From Selaginella moellendorffii (lineage: Eukaryota; Plantae; Lycopodiophyta), in NCBI RefSeq assembly GCF_000143415.4, contig NW_003314263.1:2916041-2980040 (forward strand): 64,000 nucleotides of DNA. The letters are read 5' to 3'. The translations under genes were made by a program, and so were the position numbers. The notes under the pieces were generated by a model that was given only the letters and a program-made list of their open reading frames with translations, searched no databases and had not been told where the DNA came from. Shown here one piece after another: positions 24,711 to 38,140 of the stretch (position 1 is its first letter; each line of letters begins with the position of its first letter).

Positions 24711-25448
24711 GAGCTACTACAGGGTGAAGGAGAGCTCAACATTGCTAGAGATGGATATCCAGGGCCAAGAACCAAAATGAACCTTTGATGTATGTGTGCC
24801 TTCCCATTTAACTTTCTTCTAAACTGTTTTGTTTTTCTTTTGTAAGTTATCTAGTAGGATCTAGTAAGAGCACGGTCATTTAGAAGCAAGAGCCTTAGTT
24901 TACCGATCTGCAAGCTCTGTGACAAAGAGATGTCAAAGATACAAGGACTTTTAGTGACTATGTCAATGTCGTACACGGCTTCAAGCATCTAGGTCAAACA
25001 AATCAACAACAAAGTTGAAATTTGGAATTGCTTGTGGCTCAAGCTCTTTCACGTTCATTTTCTTGCACATTTACTGCAAGATGGGGTTTAGCATCTAGTA
25101 TAGAAAGCAATACACCACATTCTTCACCCAACTTCTCTAAAGCCCTTAAGGAACTCCCTAGCCAGATGCACAATGATCATTTTCCTGGATTTTAGTGTTA
25201 AGCGTACAATGTTAACGTGGTAGATTACCTGAGAGGGGCTTTCAGAGGCAGCTTGTGTTTCTCGCATATTAATTCTCTAATTGATTGTGCAATGCAATCA
25301 GCAGCAATCTTGTGAGTCGTTGCCATGGGATTTCTAGTTTGTGTGCTTTGAAATCTAGAAATTGTTAAGAGAAGCATTGCAAGATTTTATGAGTAGATAT
25401 TTGTATTATAAAGAAAGAAATTGAAAAATAGACAAGAGACAGTTGTAT

Positions 25449-26900
25449 CTATTTTTGGTTGTTGGCAATTTCCATGGCTGAATTGTTTGGTGTCTCAAAA
25501 TGGATAATAATATTTGCCTCATTCAATAGAAAGAATCCTATTGGTTTTGAAGATAGATAAACAACAATCTTTTCTGGGGACTCCATAGCAAACTTGACCG
25601 TAGACCCTTCATCCAAATTATAAATTTTATCCACCATTTTATCACGCACTGTAACTCTATATTCCATCATGTCATTTGATATAATAGAACCAGTTATTGT
25701 AGCTGATTTACAAGGGATGGAACGCCCTTTACACTTTGCGCAAATAACAAAACCATCTTCTCTCTGCTCTAACATTGTGAAAGAGCAAAATGAGCAAAGA
25801 CTTTCAGCTTGAGTGAGACTCTGTTGGTTGTCAGGGATGAAATATCCACTAATCTGTATAATTGGAAGTTAGAGTTGAAAGTAGATGTAAACAATTTACA
25901 TTACCTTGTCTTTAGAAGTGAGACCACGGTGTGTTTTATAAACTTCATTGAGCCTCTGAATTTCATTTGAATCAACTAGTGGCAAAAATAAAGTACTTCC
26001 AAGTGTTGCTAAATCACTTGATACACTCATGCTTTTCATAATATTAAAAAATAAAAAATTTGGCATATATCTAGCATATAAATCTGCTACAATATGATGA
26101 TATTGCTCTTCATGCTCCAGATGCATATAGAGCTGTGAAAATATCTTAGAAATAGAAAATTAAATAGGAAAAAACATTACCATAATTACATCCAAAGGAT
26201 TATCAGAAGAAGCAATCTTTATTTTAGGAAAAACACCAATGTTGATTACAACAGTATATATAGCTTGTGGATAAACTCTAGTAGCCATTATAGATGATAT
26301 AGAAGCTCCTCTAGTTGGCTGTAATCTTAATTTAACATCAAAATCATCTATAATTTGAATGATAGAAGAATCTGTAATATAAAGAACTTTTTCTGAAGTT
26401 CCATGGTGGTAAACTGGGTTTTTCTGTTGTTATAATAAATTTATGGTTGGTAAATGTTTCTCACTTACAAGGTTTATAATTTTTTTTAAAAAAAATTAAC
26501 AAGATTATAATTCTCTCACTGCAGATAGGTTGATAATCGTGCACACATGGATGAATCACCATATACAGTTAAAGTTTGCAAGCCATGCATATCTGTACAA
26601 TCCATTATATAAGTTAAGTATTTTGCACTTCACAGAGTGTTCTTTGCAAGATGAACTTTATTAGGCAAAAAGAAAATCAAAAGTACAGAAAAAAAACGAT
26701 TTCAAAACCATATGTAAATAAAACCTTCAGCTCAAGAATTTTGGTTGAATTTGCTTTTTCAAAGACAAGTGATGCAATAGTGGCTTTTAGGATGGTCAAC
26801 TTTGTCCTCTTTGCTTGTGAAGCTACAAAACCAAAGAGAAATAAATCAAGAAATACTAAGGAACAAACCTTCATAAGAATTTGATTCTGTAGACAAATCC
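25449..26900 (-). CDS. Probable multi-exon RPA70-like ssDNA-binding (OB-fold/Zn-ribbon) gene associated with the Helitron; exon structure uncertain
   Basis: Last exon encodes LCSFCSFTMLEQREDGFVICAKCKGR (CxxC-x13-CxxC) followed by beta-rich sequence; several short exons with GT/AG ends; same strand as RepHel. Confidence 0.4.
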
Positions 26901-27489
26901 TCAGCCGGTGACAACTGAACAATATCCATAGTACAATCCAAATCTGACATATCTATGTGATTGATTAAACAAAATTACCTCCGGATTTTAATTTTTAGCT
27001 CAAAGTTTTATTCTTTTATGTTTTTGATTCTTCATCAACTTGCCAAACTTAGGGTTACAGTAGACAATAAACCAATTCGGCAGGTGACAAACCTTCTGAA
27101 CCTTTTCAACCTTTTCGTACACTGACTCTCCTCATTTGTAAACATCCTTGCCAGATACTTCTCATCATCGACCAAGCTGAAGCTAGAAGCAGCCTGACTG
27201 TACTCCTCAGCTGCTACAATCTCCCTCCATCGCTCGCTTTAGAAAAGAGGAATGAATAGGAATAGAAAGATTGTCCTCCACTGATCTTTGTTTTCTACCC
27301 ACTGCCCACTCACATAATAGAGAGCCATACAGAGGAAGATCTAAGCTCCATCCATAGATGTGTTCCAGGTTGATTGATTGATTCTGGGCAATCAATCAGT
27401 ACCACCATAGTGGGTTTCTGATCCTAGATCGTGGCTCTCAGCTCAAACCTCCAGGGAGAGCCAATTCTCAATCAATTCACTAGTCCAAA

Positions 27490-27790
27490 TATGATTTTCT
27501 TGATGCTTCCCAGGGACAAGAGCAATCCATTGGAGCTAGTGGACAATGCAGCGGCCAGGAACGATGATAGCATCATGATTGATCTTGAGGGGGCACTCCT
27601 CAAATCCCTGAGCTAGTTTCAATGCTTCATGCTTGTCACAATTGAGGCTGGGAGGCCTCTATGAGCACTCCTCCTATTTTTCATTCTTCCCTTCATGTGG
27701 ATCACTGGCTGCTTCGTCCATCCAGTCTTGGCTCCAGATTCTCTGCTTCATGGCAGATCCTGGATTGAGGACCTTGGCAGTGGAACTTTG
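27490..27790 (+). pseudogene. Fragment of an sn-2 glycerol-3-phosphate acyltransferase (GPAT4-8 type) N-terminus
   Basis: Translates SIMIDLEGALLKSLS*FQCFMLVTIEAGRPL*ALLLFFILP, matching the plant GPAT motif D(L)DGTLL.S.S.FPYFMLVA.EAG..R.L.LL; two in-frame stops. Confidence 0.75.
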
Positions 27791-28605
27791 AGAGCTCCCT
27801 TGCAATTGCCATTATGGACATAAAGCCTACCAAATGCACTATACATTACACAGTTCCTTTGGCTCATGCTCCAAAAACCATGTATGATACAAAGTGGTTA
27901 GAAAAGTTTATAAATTATAAATATGAAATTAATCTAAATGAATAACGACCATTGGATGATAGAATATCTAAGAATATCCAAGCATATTTTAAGTATATTC
28001 ATTACCATCTACAGGTTTGCTTAAGCAAACCAAAAAATTACAAACAAGAAGAATTGGCACATTTTTTAGTGTTAATTGAAATCTCAAATACTAAATTGGC
28101 AATTCAAATTAAACACAATTTCAGCCGAGGTGCCTTTCCTACAATGAACCTTCAGAAACATATTGCTTTCGCATCTTTCAGGTGTTGCTTGTTTTTGTTT
28201 GAATGCAACGATGCTAAATCCTTGTTAGATGCTGCCTGTCTATAACGTTTGCTTAATACGCGGTGAGTCCTTGAGCAATACTACAGAGCATTGACACTTC
28301 TTTTAAGTCACAATCAAGCGGCTGATGTCGCCACGGTTGCATTGCATCCAAATTTACGTCAACATTGCATCCAAATTTACGCAAGTGGTCTTCAAGAAAG
28401 AGCTAAAATAACACCTGTTGCAGAGCTTGATACGTATCTTACGCACAACGATGTTTTTGCCTACGGTCCAGTGCATGGAGCACCTTACTACGGCGAGACA
28501 ACGAGAGAAGGAGACGCGCTGCGACCGGCTCCTCGTGACGGGTATCCTTGTCGCTGAGAAGCGATTGGAGAAAACATTCGTAATGTTTTTGCTGCAAAAC
28601 GTTCC

Positions 28606-31600
28606 TTGGGCTAGTGAAGGCTTCAACTCCGTTCCCTGAGTCTAAGGTACACACTCTAAGATCTCGTTGTCCTTTCATAGCAGTATGCAGACGAATTTCT
28701 ATCCGGGATGCAAGTTCATCGCCCTGCTTACAAGCATATAGCAAGGGAAAGCGGTGGAATCCAAGTATCTCACGTTTAAATCGCTCGAAAAGCTTACAAG
28801 AAGAGCGTTTGATTTTGACGCATAGGTGAAAGCGTTCCCGGTGGAAGACCGTTCCAAGTAGGATACATCGATGTCGATGGTGAGGTTGTGACGAGGATTT
28901 GATAGCTGAGAGTAGTGGTACGATGCAAATGTCTCAATTCCAGGCTGCGATAAAGAAATCTCTCTATAAGATTCAACGTGAGTATTCTTTTTTCGCTTTC
29001 ACTTATTTTTCGTGCTAGGTATTGCCAAGGGGATACATACGATCAGTGTTCAGCTTTCCAGGTATTTCTGGTTTTTTTTTCTTCGCATAAAACGCTGCGA
29101 TTTTTTTATAATGTACCTCTTAGGAGCAGCGGAGCATTCATGTCCAGTTGCTGAGCTTCTGGAATGTACACGAGTGAAGCCTTGCACATCCCTTCCTTCC
29201 AGGTCTTTGTCTATTTTGGATAGAAACTTATTTCCTTCTTTTGTAAGTGCAGTTCTTCCATTCCATCTGAAGACCCTCTAAAGTTACATGAGTTGGAAAA
29301 CACTTGATGGAGCTTATGAGCACGAAGGAGTTGCTTCACAATGCCATGGTCCTCGTAATGAGGATCGACAAAGACATCGCAATTTCGAGGTAGTGGAAAC
29401 TTTATTTTCTGGTTACTGAATTCGTTAGCGATGTGCAGGCCACAAAGTTTGCTCGCCTTATAATAGAGCACTTCGATTTATTGCGGATTTATTAAGTGAA
29501 GCATTCCTTCCGAGCAAACTACGTAAGCTGCGCAGCTCCTGCTCGGTCTTTCAGCTCCTCGGGGGTGTTGAAATGACGGCCATGGGATCAGCACCGACAT
29601 TCATGGATTCACAGAGAAGGGGTGCTATGGAGGCAATCAGCGTCAGAGGACTCGGAGCTGTGGTGAGATGCCGATCATGTAAGTAGATCTTCTTGCTGAG
29701 CAGTGCTGAGTGTGAATTCCTTTTCCTGGACTTTTCTTTGTTTTTCTGTAGGGAGGCCGGAGAGATCGATCGTTTTCATCAATGAAGACTACAAGCGCGA
29801 TGTTTTACCACCACTCCCAGCGCAGGTTTTCTCTTTGTTTCTGCGTGACATAAAACTTTCTCTATTTCACCAACTTCATGCGAGAGAGATGGCCAACTCA
29901 GTGAATATCGTGCAGTACGATGGACTTTTTTGCGTTTTGTCGAGGTGCGTTTTAGCTTCAAGATACACTCTTTTTTCAGAGGCAGTTGCGCATGGTTTAC
30001 GCCTAACCGGTATCCTCGTCGACTGGAGTGATGGAGGGAGCATTCGTGATGGTTTTGCTGCAAAACGTTCCTTTAAGATTTCGCGTTCTCTTACGTCCAT
30101 AGCAGTTTGCATATGGCCTTCTTGATCTCATTGTTCTCCGGGACTCAAGCTCATTGACCTGCTTACGAGCATACAGCGGTGGAATGCAAGTATCTCAGGT
30201 ATGTGTCACTCGAAGCTTTGTTTGATCTTTGATGCATATATAGGTGCAAGCGTTCCCGGTGGAAGAGTGTTCCAAGGAGGATACATCGACGTTGATGGTG
30301 ACATAATTGATCACGGAGGAACTGTCAACGCGAGTTCTTTCTTATCGTCTTCGTTCTTTTTGTTCGTGCTAGCCGCAAATGCTACCGGCAACCTGGAATT
30401 GTAAACAGGCATGCATACGATCAGTGTATACAGATATATTTGGTTCTTTTTTCTTTCCTGGCGCGAATTTGTTGTTTAACGTACTTATGACGAGCAGCGA
30501 CTGAAAGTTTGCAGCATTCATACGTTCTATCGGGAAGAGACGGAGACCTGTATAAAGAACCCAAGGCTTCACTGGCACTGGCCAGCCGTGTATATTCCGC
30601 CACAACCTGGACATCTTCTTTTGTACATGCAAATTTTCCATTCCATCTGAAGGCCCTCAAGAGCACTTGATGGAGTTGCTGAAGATGAAAAATACGAGTC
30701 GCTTGACATGCCATTGTCCTGGGTAGCGGAAACTTTGATTCACTGCCAGTGACAATGCTCGCCTTCGACTGGAACAAAGTTGGCTATCTAAAGGTCTTCT
30801 TCTCTCTTGTTGTCAACCTTTTGTGTTATTCCAGGCAGAGGATCTTAGAAAGTTGCAACACTCACTGGAAAAGGTTTTGTCGCCCAGAAATATTAGGTAA
30901 TATTTGTATAACACAACATTTGTGTGATTCTTGTTCAAATATTATTTGTTTCAATGAATGCCTTGTCATAATGATTTTGCAATCGTCTCGAAGTGATGAT
31001 GTTGTCACTCTGGACGAATGCTCCAATTGCTATGCACTGAAGGCTGAATGCATATAAAGCCTGGAACTGAGAGTCCAGTTTCTATTCGTCAAAAATTGTG
31101 AACCACCACCAAAATTCAAAGTCTGGATGAGGCGCTTTCGAATGGCCGCCCCACCGCCAATAAAGGTTGATGACAAGTCCTGCTTGGAAGATTTGTTGAG
31201 GCACACATCTGATCTTTCTTTTGTTCAGAAAGTCCACTTAGAACAACGTGGCGGAAAATCCACGCACTGCAAAATAAAGGTTGGACAATTTTTGCTTTCA
31301 TAGGCCACCGATGTATATCCTCTTTGTGGCGTTAATTCTCTTCTTGGTGCTCTCATGGAGTTACAAATCTCACAAAAACGTCCCCCCAGGCCCATGGGGC
31401 TGCCTCTGATCGGCCACCTTCATTTATTGGCAGGAACACTCCCACATAAGGGATTACAATATATCTCCAATATGGCCCCGTTGTACTCTTGAGGCTGGGA
31501 ATGATGCCCACCATTGTTATCTCTAGCCAGGAGCTTGTCAAGGAAGTCTTTACCACACGCGACGTGAATTTTGGTTCCAAGCCATACATCGTTTTAGGCG

Positions 31601-32101
31601 AGTATTTCAGCTACAACTATTTGGGACTCGGGACTTGTCCATATGGGAAGCACTGGAGAGACACTCACAAGCTGTGTACCATAGAGCTTTTCACAGCCAG
31701 GTGTGGATAATAGAAACTGATTACTTTAGACCGAGTTTTATACCATGTTAATTGCACTTTGTGGTAATTATCTAAAATATATTTGAATATTTTGGGATAA
31801 ATGATGTATGTATAATGTTTATAATTTATAAAACACTTCTTAGTTTATTTTACCATCTAATAGTTGATATATAATAAAACTAGTAAGGATCCTAACTCTG
31901 CTGACAAAAGTATTGTTAGAGTGAATAACGTATTTGTTTACTTCAAGTTAAAATTAAATTTTAAAATATGAGGAAAAATAAAAATAGCACATAACATATT
32001 GTGTATTATATGTTTCTATAAATTTAAATGATATTTCACTAAAATTTTAAGTTTTATTTTTAATTTAAAATAAAAAATACTCTCTCTTTTAAAACACTTA
32101 T
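28606..32101 (+). repeat. Copy B of dispersed direct repeat (DHAD fragments 28888-29460 and 30290-30760; Pin-II fragment 30950-31215)
   Basis: Colinear with 5623-8746 and 10247-10671. Confidence 0.9.
31311..31706 (+). pseudogene. Truncated, frameshifted P450 pseudogene (copy of the 8347 gene)
   Basis: ATGTATATCCTCTTTGTGGCG start; small deletions; ends at ELFTAR and jumps to sequence equivalent to ~10247. Confidence 0.9.
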
Positions 32102-34199
32102 AAAGTAACATTATTCTCATTTTAACTTTTTAACTTAATATACAAAGATCCTTTAATAAAAAAAATATTTATTTTTAACACTTGCAATGTGTAAACCATG
32201 AAATTTATAACATCAATTGTAAATTTTAAGTTTAATCTAGAAATATAGTTAATTCATTTAGATTTATAATCATTTACTAAATCTAATCCACTTCTTGGTA
32301 GTTTATTAATTAACTTATTTATTTAATAAAAGGTAAATTTTTGACAATTATCAAATAAATAAAGTTAGATATTGATAGGATCATCATAGTCAAATTTTAT
32401 ATATATATATATAATTGATAAAACATCATTAATTATATTTAAAAATAAAGTTATTTATCTGTTAATTATTTAGTTAAATTTAAATATTACTTAAATAATG
32501 TTTTATATTTATGAAATTAAATTTTATAGGTATTAATAAGTTGGATAATACTAGCCTAGACACAATTGAAAATTTTATATTCTTTCCTTTTATCAGCTCA
32601 CTTTTTTTCTAATACAATTATTGCATGCATTAGGTTTTTTTTACTTTTTAAACATTTAGAAAAAGTGAATAATGAGTTTTTTTAAAATAAATAATAATTT
32701 ATTATTTAAAAATATATCTAATAATTTGACATATAAATACAGTTTATTTATGGATGAAATATGTATTTATTTATGCATCAACTTCTCTCCATTTTGAACT
32801 TGTTTTGAAGTCATTGATTCTTTATTTTCCTTGCCTTTCTCACTTCTTTATAGCCAAGTAATGTGCTCCAGATCCTCTTAGTGGTGATCCAACCTGGTTA
32901 AATGCACACTCCTCTACTAACAAGCCTCGGCCATTATAATCAGTTGTCACGTGCATGGCAGCCATGGCTCACACAATTCCTTGGAACTGTTGAAAGCATA
33001 TTGCCATTTTGGAACTGTTGGTGGTATCACTAATCCTTACAAAAGCCAATTCTCCAAGATATTATAACCAGCAAATGGATCATAGTTACCATTTCCAATG
33101 ATGTATACGGAAGCAAGGATTGGAACAACATGTAAATCATTGCAATCAGATGGTTGCAGGACATGTTCAATCCCCACAGTTTAGTTAGTGGTACAAGATA
33201 ACTCACTTAGGAATGCATAGTCTGGCTCACTTAATGGCTTTCTGGTAGTGTTCTTTACTCTTGTTGTCTCAGCAAACTTCAGTGGAAGGGCAGTCAATCA
33301 CCAAGCATGCTGGCTTCATTACCGACAAACCGGGTCCCTAGACTTTGCAAGGCCCGCAAACTCGACAAATATGTGGTCGTCACTTAGGCATGCCCTTCAT
33401 ACTCACACAGCCTACATTCCACACGCTCTTCAGACACTCAACAACTAGATGCATTAAACCACAATGCAATGGATAAAAATGGATTTCTTGTCTTTGGTCT
33501 AGTAAAGTTCAACAAGCAAAAGTAATTTTGACATTGGGAAAAGAGAGGGACTCCAAGATTAAAATCAGGACAAGGAAATCAATTTGTATATTGTGAATGC
33601 CTCCAGCTGAGCCCACAAATGTGTATATATACATATATGCTTTATTAGAAAATAATTTCATGATCATAATCAAAAGAGTTCCCTTGTTGTGCATAAGCTG
33701 TTCCAAAATCATTCAATATGTGATATTTCAATCCATATGGTATTACCCATGTTGAGGCACCGGGAATCCAAGCGCCAGAAATTTGAATCGCGGCATCACC
33801 TTGTCAAATGCAGACGTGGCACTCACATTGGTCGGAGCCCAAAAAGGATTGAATTTATAGACGGAGCTCAATTTCATGAGCACTCTCCGTTTGAACGCTC
33901 GACTTGCAAATCTAGAGCAGCTAGGCAGAATTGCGGTCGAGCTCCCAACGCAAGATCTTCCCCAATAATCCGCGATAGTTCGTGCAATCTCTTGCTCCTC
34001 CTCAATCTCGATCTGTTCTTCAAGGGCTGAGTCGGTTTCTAGCGGTGCCATAGGCCGGAGGAAGAAACCACTGGCTGTGCAGAGGCCGGAAACCTCTAAG
34101 ATCAATCGATCTAATAGCACATTGCTGTGGCAGCGCTGTGAGCTGCTAGATCTGCATTGCTCGCAGCCACGTTGAAAGAAGCGCCATGGCCGAGGCTAT

Positions 34200-34495
34200 T
34201 GTGACGTGCACGTAAAAATCCTTTGTACCCGGTCACGTGGCCCTAATTCACATCACCACAGGTGGCCCTGATTAGGACAATCATGACGTCCTCAAAATAC
34301 TGATGGAACACGGAAGTATATGATTTGATTTTGAAAAGTCACCACAGAGAGTCAGGCTAGGTGGTCCCCCGATCACTACAATCCTGACATGTAACACGCA
34401 ACTTTGAAGTCCGGAAAACGTGAGATTCTGTAGAGAGCGATCAGGATTCGGGATGCCAAGTCATCACATAGATAGGACTCTGTCTGACTATAAAT
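34200..34495 (+). promoter_or_regulatory. Pin-II promoter: G-box CACGTG (34234-34239), TGACGT motifs, TATAAAT (34489-34495)
   Basis: Motifs seen directly; the TATA box lies ~39 nt upstream of the ATG and is conserved in the second copy. Confidence 0.45.
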
Positions 34496-34527
34496 CCAAA
34501 CAGCCTGAGGTTCAGCACCACAACAAC

Positions 34528-35291
34528 ATGGCAGCTTCATTTTTGTTCCTCACTATCCTAAGCTTTCAGCTACTTCTGATATCTGCAGGTTGATCTCCAA
34601 GTTTTGATTCTTTCTTTCAGGGCTGACTTCTTGAATGCCTTGTCATGATGATTTTGCAGCCGGCAGCCATCGTCTCCAGGTTTGTAGTGATGCTGTTGTC
34701 ACTCTGGACGAATGCTCCAATTGCTGTGCGCTTAAGGCTGGATGCATATATCTAGAGCCTGGAACTGGCAGTCCAGTTTGTCTTGGTGGCACCTCTGCTT
34801 CTCGTCTTTGCCCCTTAATTTGTGAACCACCAAAAATCAAAGTCTGCCCATCCCGAGGGACTAACCAAATTCCAATTTCTGTGCTCCCACCGGATAAGGA
34901 GCCTTCGAATGGCTGTCATCTCTACAATTTAAAGACTGGTGCACCACTGCCAGTAAATGGTGATGACAAGTCCTGCTTGAAGGATGCCGTGGAGATTTGT
35001 GGAGGCACTGTCCATCCTTGGACGCCAGGCAGCTGCGCTACTTGTTGCACCATTCCTCAAGGTTGCTTGGACTTGGGGCATGGCAAATCAATATGCGTCT
35101 CAGGACCTGGTAAAGTCTGCACGCGCGAATGTGGTTTTGTTTCCTATGTCTGCCCAGGTCCAAAAAGTGTTGCGCTCGACTTCAACTCTTGCCACACTTG
35201 CAAGAAGCCACTCAGGGAAGGTTGCAAGCTCTACAACCGTCAGGGGCACCAGCTGTGCGTCAAGGAGGATGATCTACTCCAGCTTGCCTAG
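34528..35291 (+). CDS. Secreted potato type II (Pin-II, MEROPS I20-like) multidomain serine protease inhibitor; exons 34528-34588, 34660-35291
   Basis: Signal peptide MAASFLFLTILSFQLLLISA, phase-1 71-nt intron, repeats CSNCC..KAGC.Y, CPLIC..VCP, CATCC..GC, CTREC..YVCP, GCKLYNRQG..LC. Confidence 0.85.
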
Positions 35292-35721
35292 AAGATGATG
35301 CTGTATTTATATAAAATAAACAGCTCTGGGCATCGTTGTTTAAATAATGGGTACTTGAAATGTATATATATATTATATATATAAAGTTTGACAACGCAAC
35401 TTGTTGTCTTTGTAATCTTGCACTTACAAAGAAGTTCCAAACAAACTTTACCTAGGCATAATGTTTACTTTCCCAATAGTCTATGTTATAGATCTCCGCA
35501 GAACCAAATCATACATCACAATGCATTGGTGTTCAGCTCATCAGCTTCCTCTGAGTTGAAACAACATATGGCTCGCTCTTGCCTTATCACATCCATGTGC
35601 TAATTTAAGAAAATTCCTAAATACCTGAACTTAAAGAAAAAATAAACAAAAGCAAAACGTTAGATCCAACGAATCTTTGTCCTTTTTACCCTTCCATTAC
35701 TGTGCTAATTACATATTAATT

Positions 35722-38000
35722 CTAAGCATCCATAGCAACTTGCTTCTCAGTCTCTAAACAAGTTCATAGAGATAAAAGGCTCAAACGGCGAGTCTAGAGC
35801 CACCAGCGTCCTGTTCACCGCATGGGTCACCTCCTTGCTCTTGTCCGACGCGTAGCCACACACGATGATCACTCGCTCCGGCCTCTCGAATCCCCGCGCG
35901 AGCTTCCGCCTGGACACGATCAATCCACTGGTGAGCGCCACCATCGCAGTCCCGGAGCTCATATCCTGGAGCCAGATAAACCACGCTCCCTGCCAGTCCT
36001 CCCAGATCCCTCTCGGGTAGAGCTCTGTGGAGGAGACACCCTCCCACACGTAGAAGGCCTCGCGAGCGTAGCCAAAGCAGTGGAGATGGTTGACGAGAGC
36101 ATCCGCCAGCCATCGCCCCCAGCGAGGAGGCTTGTCCATCCTCAGCTTGCGAAAAAACTCCCTCGAGTAGCTCTTGAGCTCCTTGATCGCGCGGAGGCCT
36201 TGCAGGATCTCGTTCAGGAACTCGTCCACGCTGGGATGATCATCTCCTCCTCCTCCTCCTGCTGCTGCTGTTGCTGCTGGTTTCGAGGACGACTTCATCA
36301 TCTCTCTCACCGCTCTCGAGTCCGCCACCTTGACGCTGCTCGTGTAGTGACCCAGGAGGATCGTGTACGTTTGCAGCGTCGGCTCCACGCCTCTCTCCGG
36401 CATGACTTTGGTGAGGATGAACTTGGCCGGCTCCACTTCTCGGGCCTTGAGGTAGCCATCGATGAGCGCGTTGCACATCTCGATGCTTGGACCGGCCTTC
36501 GTCTTGCAGGCTTTGTTGAACCATCGCCGGGCTTGCAGCATAGCTCCGGCTCTCGCCCACGAACTTATGAGCGTGCAGTACGTGAATCGATCTGGAGCGA
36601 GGCCGGCCTTTCGTATATCACCCAGGATGTTCTGCGCATGGCCAGGGAAGCCGCTGGAACCGTAACTCAGTATCACGTTGTTGTAGACGATCAAGTTTGG
36701 CTCTAGGCCGGAGCGGAGGTAGTCCGCGTAGAGCTCTGCCGCTGCTTTCGAGTCTCGAGCCTTGGCGTACATGTGGATGAGGATGGCGTACCCAGGCTTT
36801 CATCTGGTTGGCGGCTTCCCTGGCGTTTGTGAAGTCCCGCTGCTTGCAGAAGTTGTGGATCATTGTGTTGAACGTCTGCGCGTCGGCATTGCGGGGGGAG
36901 GCTCTCAAGTCGAGGAAGATCCGTTGGAGCTCCTTCCGGGAGCCGAACTTGCCGCACCAGTCGATGAGGAGGCCGAAGGTGCAATTGTCCGGGTGACAGC
37001 CAAAGTATGGCATCTTCCTGTAGAGGTCGAGAGCTTCCTGGATCCGGTTCACTCTTGTGTAGCAGCGGATCATGTTGTTCACTGCAAACGTGTCAAGGCG
37101 AAGCCCGAGCTCCTGTATCTCAACAAAAAGTGCCTCGGCCATGAGATAGTTCCCGTCATCTCCCAAGATCATGATCATCGTCGAGTAGTTTACCAAGTCG
37201 TGCTTGAAGCCTGGGATCGTCTTGGCCCACGTAAAGAGCTTGAGCGAGAGAGATGCGTCGTGCTTGATCTTCTTGAGAACCACGCAGACCTGGTGGGGGT
37301 GCATTATCCCATGCTTGAGCCTGTCCAGCTTCTCAACCATCTCGGAGCTCCAGCTCACTCCTCCTTCCTTCACAGTCTCGTACAAGGCATCGAAGACTAG
37401 CGCTCCTCTGCCTGGAACTAAACCCGGCAGCGCCACCTTACTGCTCGGCACCATATAGTTCCCCGGCAGAGCGATCGTTCCCTCCTTGCCTTCTTTTGGC
37501 AAGCTCCACACTGGAAACGAGTTCCACGACGAGGAAACATTCGTCGCCCGGTTGTCTAGTGACAGAGGCCGACCAATGACGAACTTGTCGCGACCACAAA
37601 GCACCGGAGGATCATCACCGGTGTCGGTCGCAGGAGGAAGTGTCTCGTAGACCAGAAACTTGTCCCCGACTGCATGGACATTCCATTGCTTCTGTCCCCT
37701 GTGAAGATGGAGCTCGCACCTGTATTGCTTGTGACCCAGAATCGGACCCATGTAGGTGCCTTCCTGCTTCTTCCCGAGCTGGTGTTGGAGTGCTACCCAC
37801 TGCCCACTGATTCTATCCAAGCCTGCTTGAGGGTCTGTGTGAACAAAGCGTTCCTGCTCTCGACTTAGTCGCGGACGAGGCGGCGGCCTCAACTTCCTAC
37901 CATACTACGTCTTCACGTAGAGATCGTCGTCCCGGCACAGGTCTCTGATCGCAGCCTTCGTCCAGTAGAAGCGAGGAAGGGGCTGAAACTTGGCACCCAT
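35722..38000 (-). pseudogene. PPR-SMR pseudogene (duplicate)
   Basis: AAG>TAG nonsense change near 37905, 23-nt frameshifting deletion near 36791, and deletions in the SMR C-terminus relative to 45046-47418. Confidence 0.92.
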
Positions 38001-38140
38001 CTCTGTTGCTAGCTAGCTAAACCCCTCGCCAACAGAAAAACTTACCGAAAGCTCATCTTTTGACTAAAGAATGTTCCTTCTCTGCCAGAAAATACGAAGG
38101 TTCAGAATCCGGACATGCAACAGAAAGTACTTACAAAGAA

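Noticed and set aside
32850-33430. Moderately GC-rich stretch that might be a gene or LINE fragment
   Set aside because: No recognisable motif in the frames I translated
33743-34120. Small minus-strand ORF divergent from Pin-II (copy at 43076-43383)
   Set aside because: The two copies disagree in frame and contain stops; no family recognised
35822-37400. 294-aa and 212-aa plus-strand ORFs (and equivalents at 45187-46785)
   Set aside because: Antisense shadows of the GC-rich PPR-SMR coding sequence
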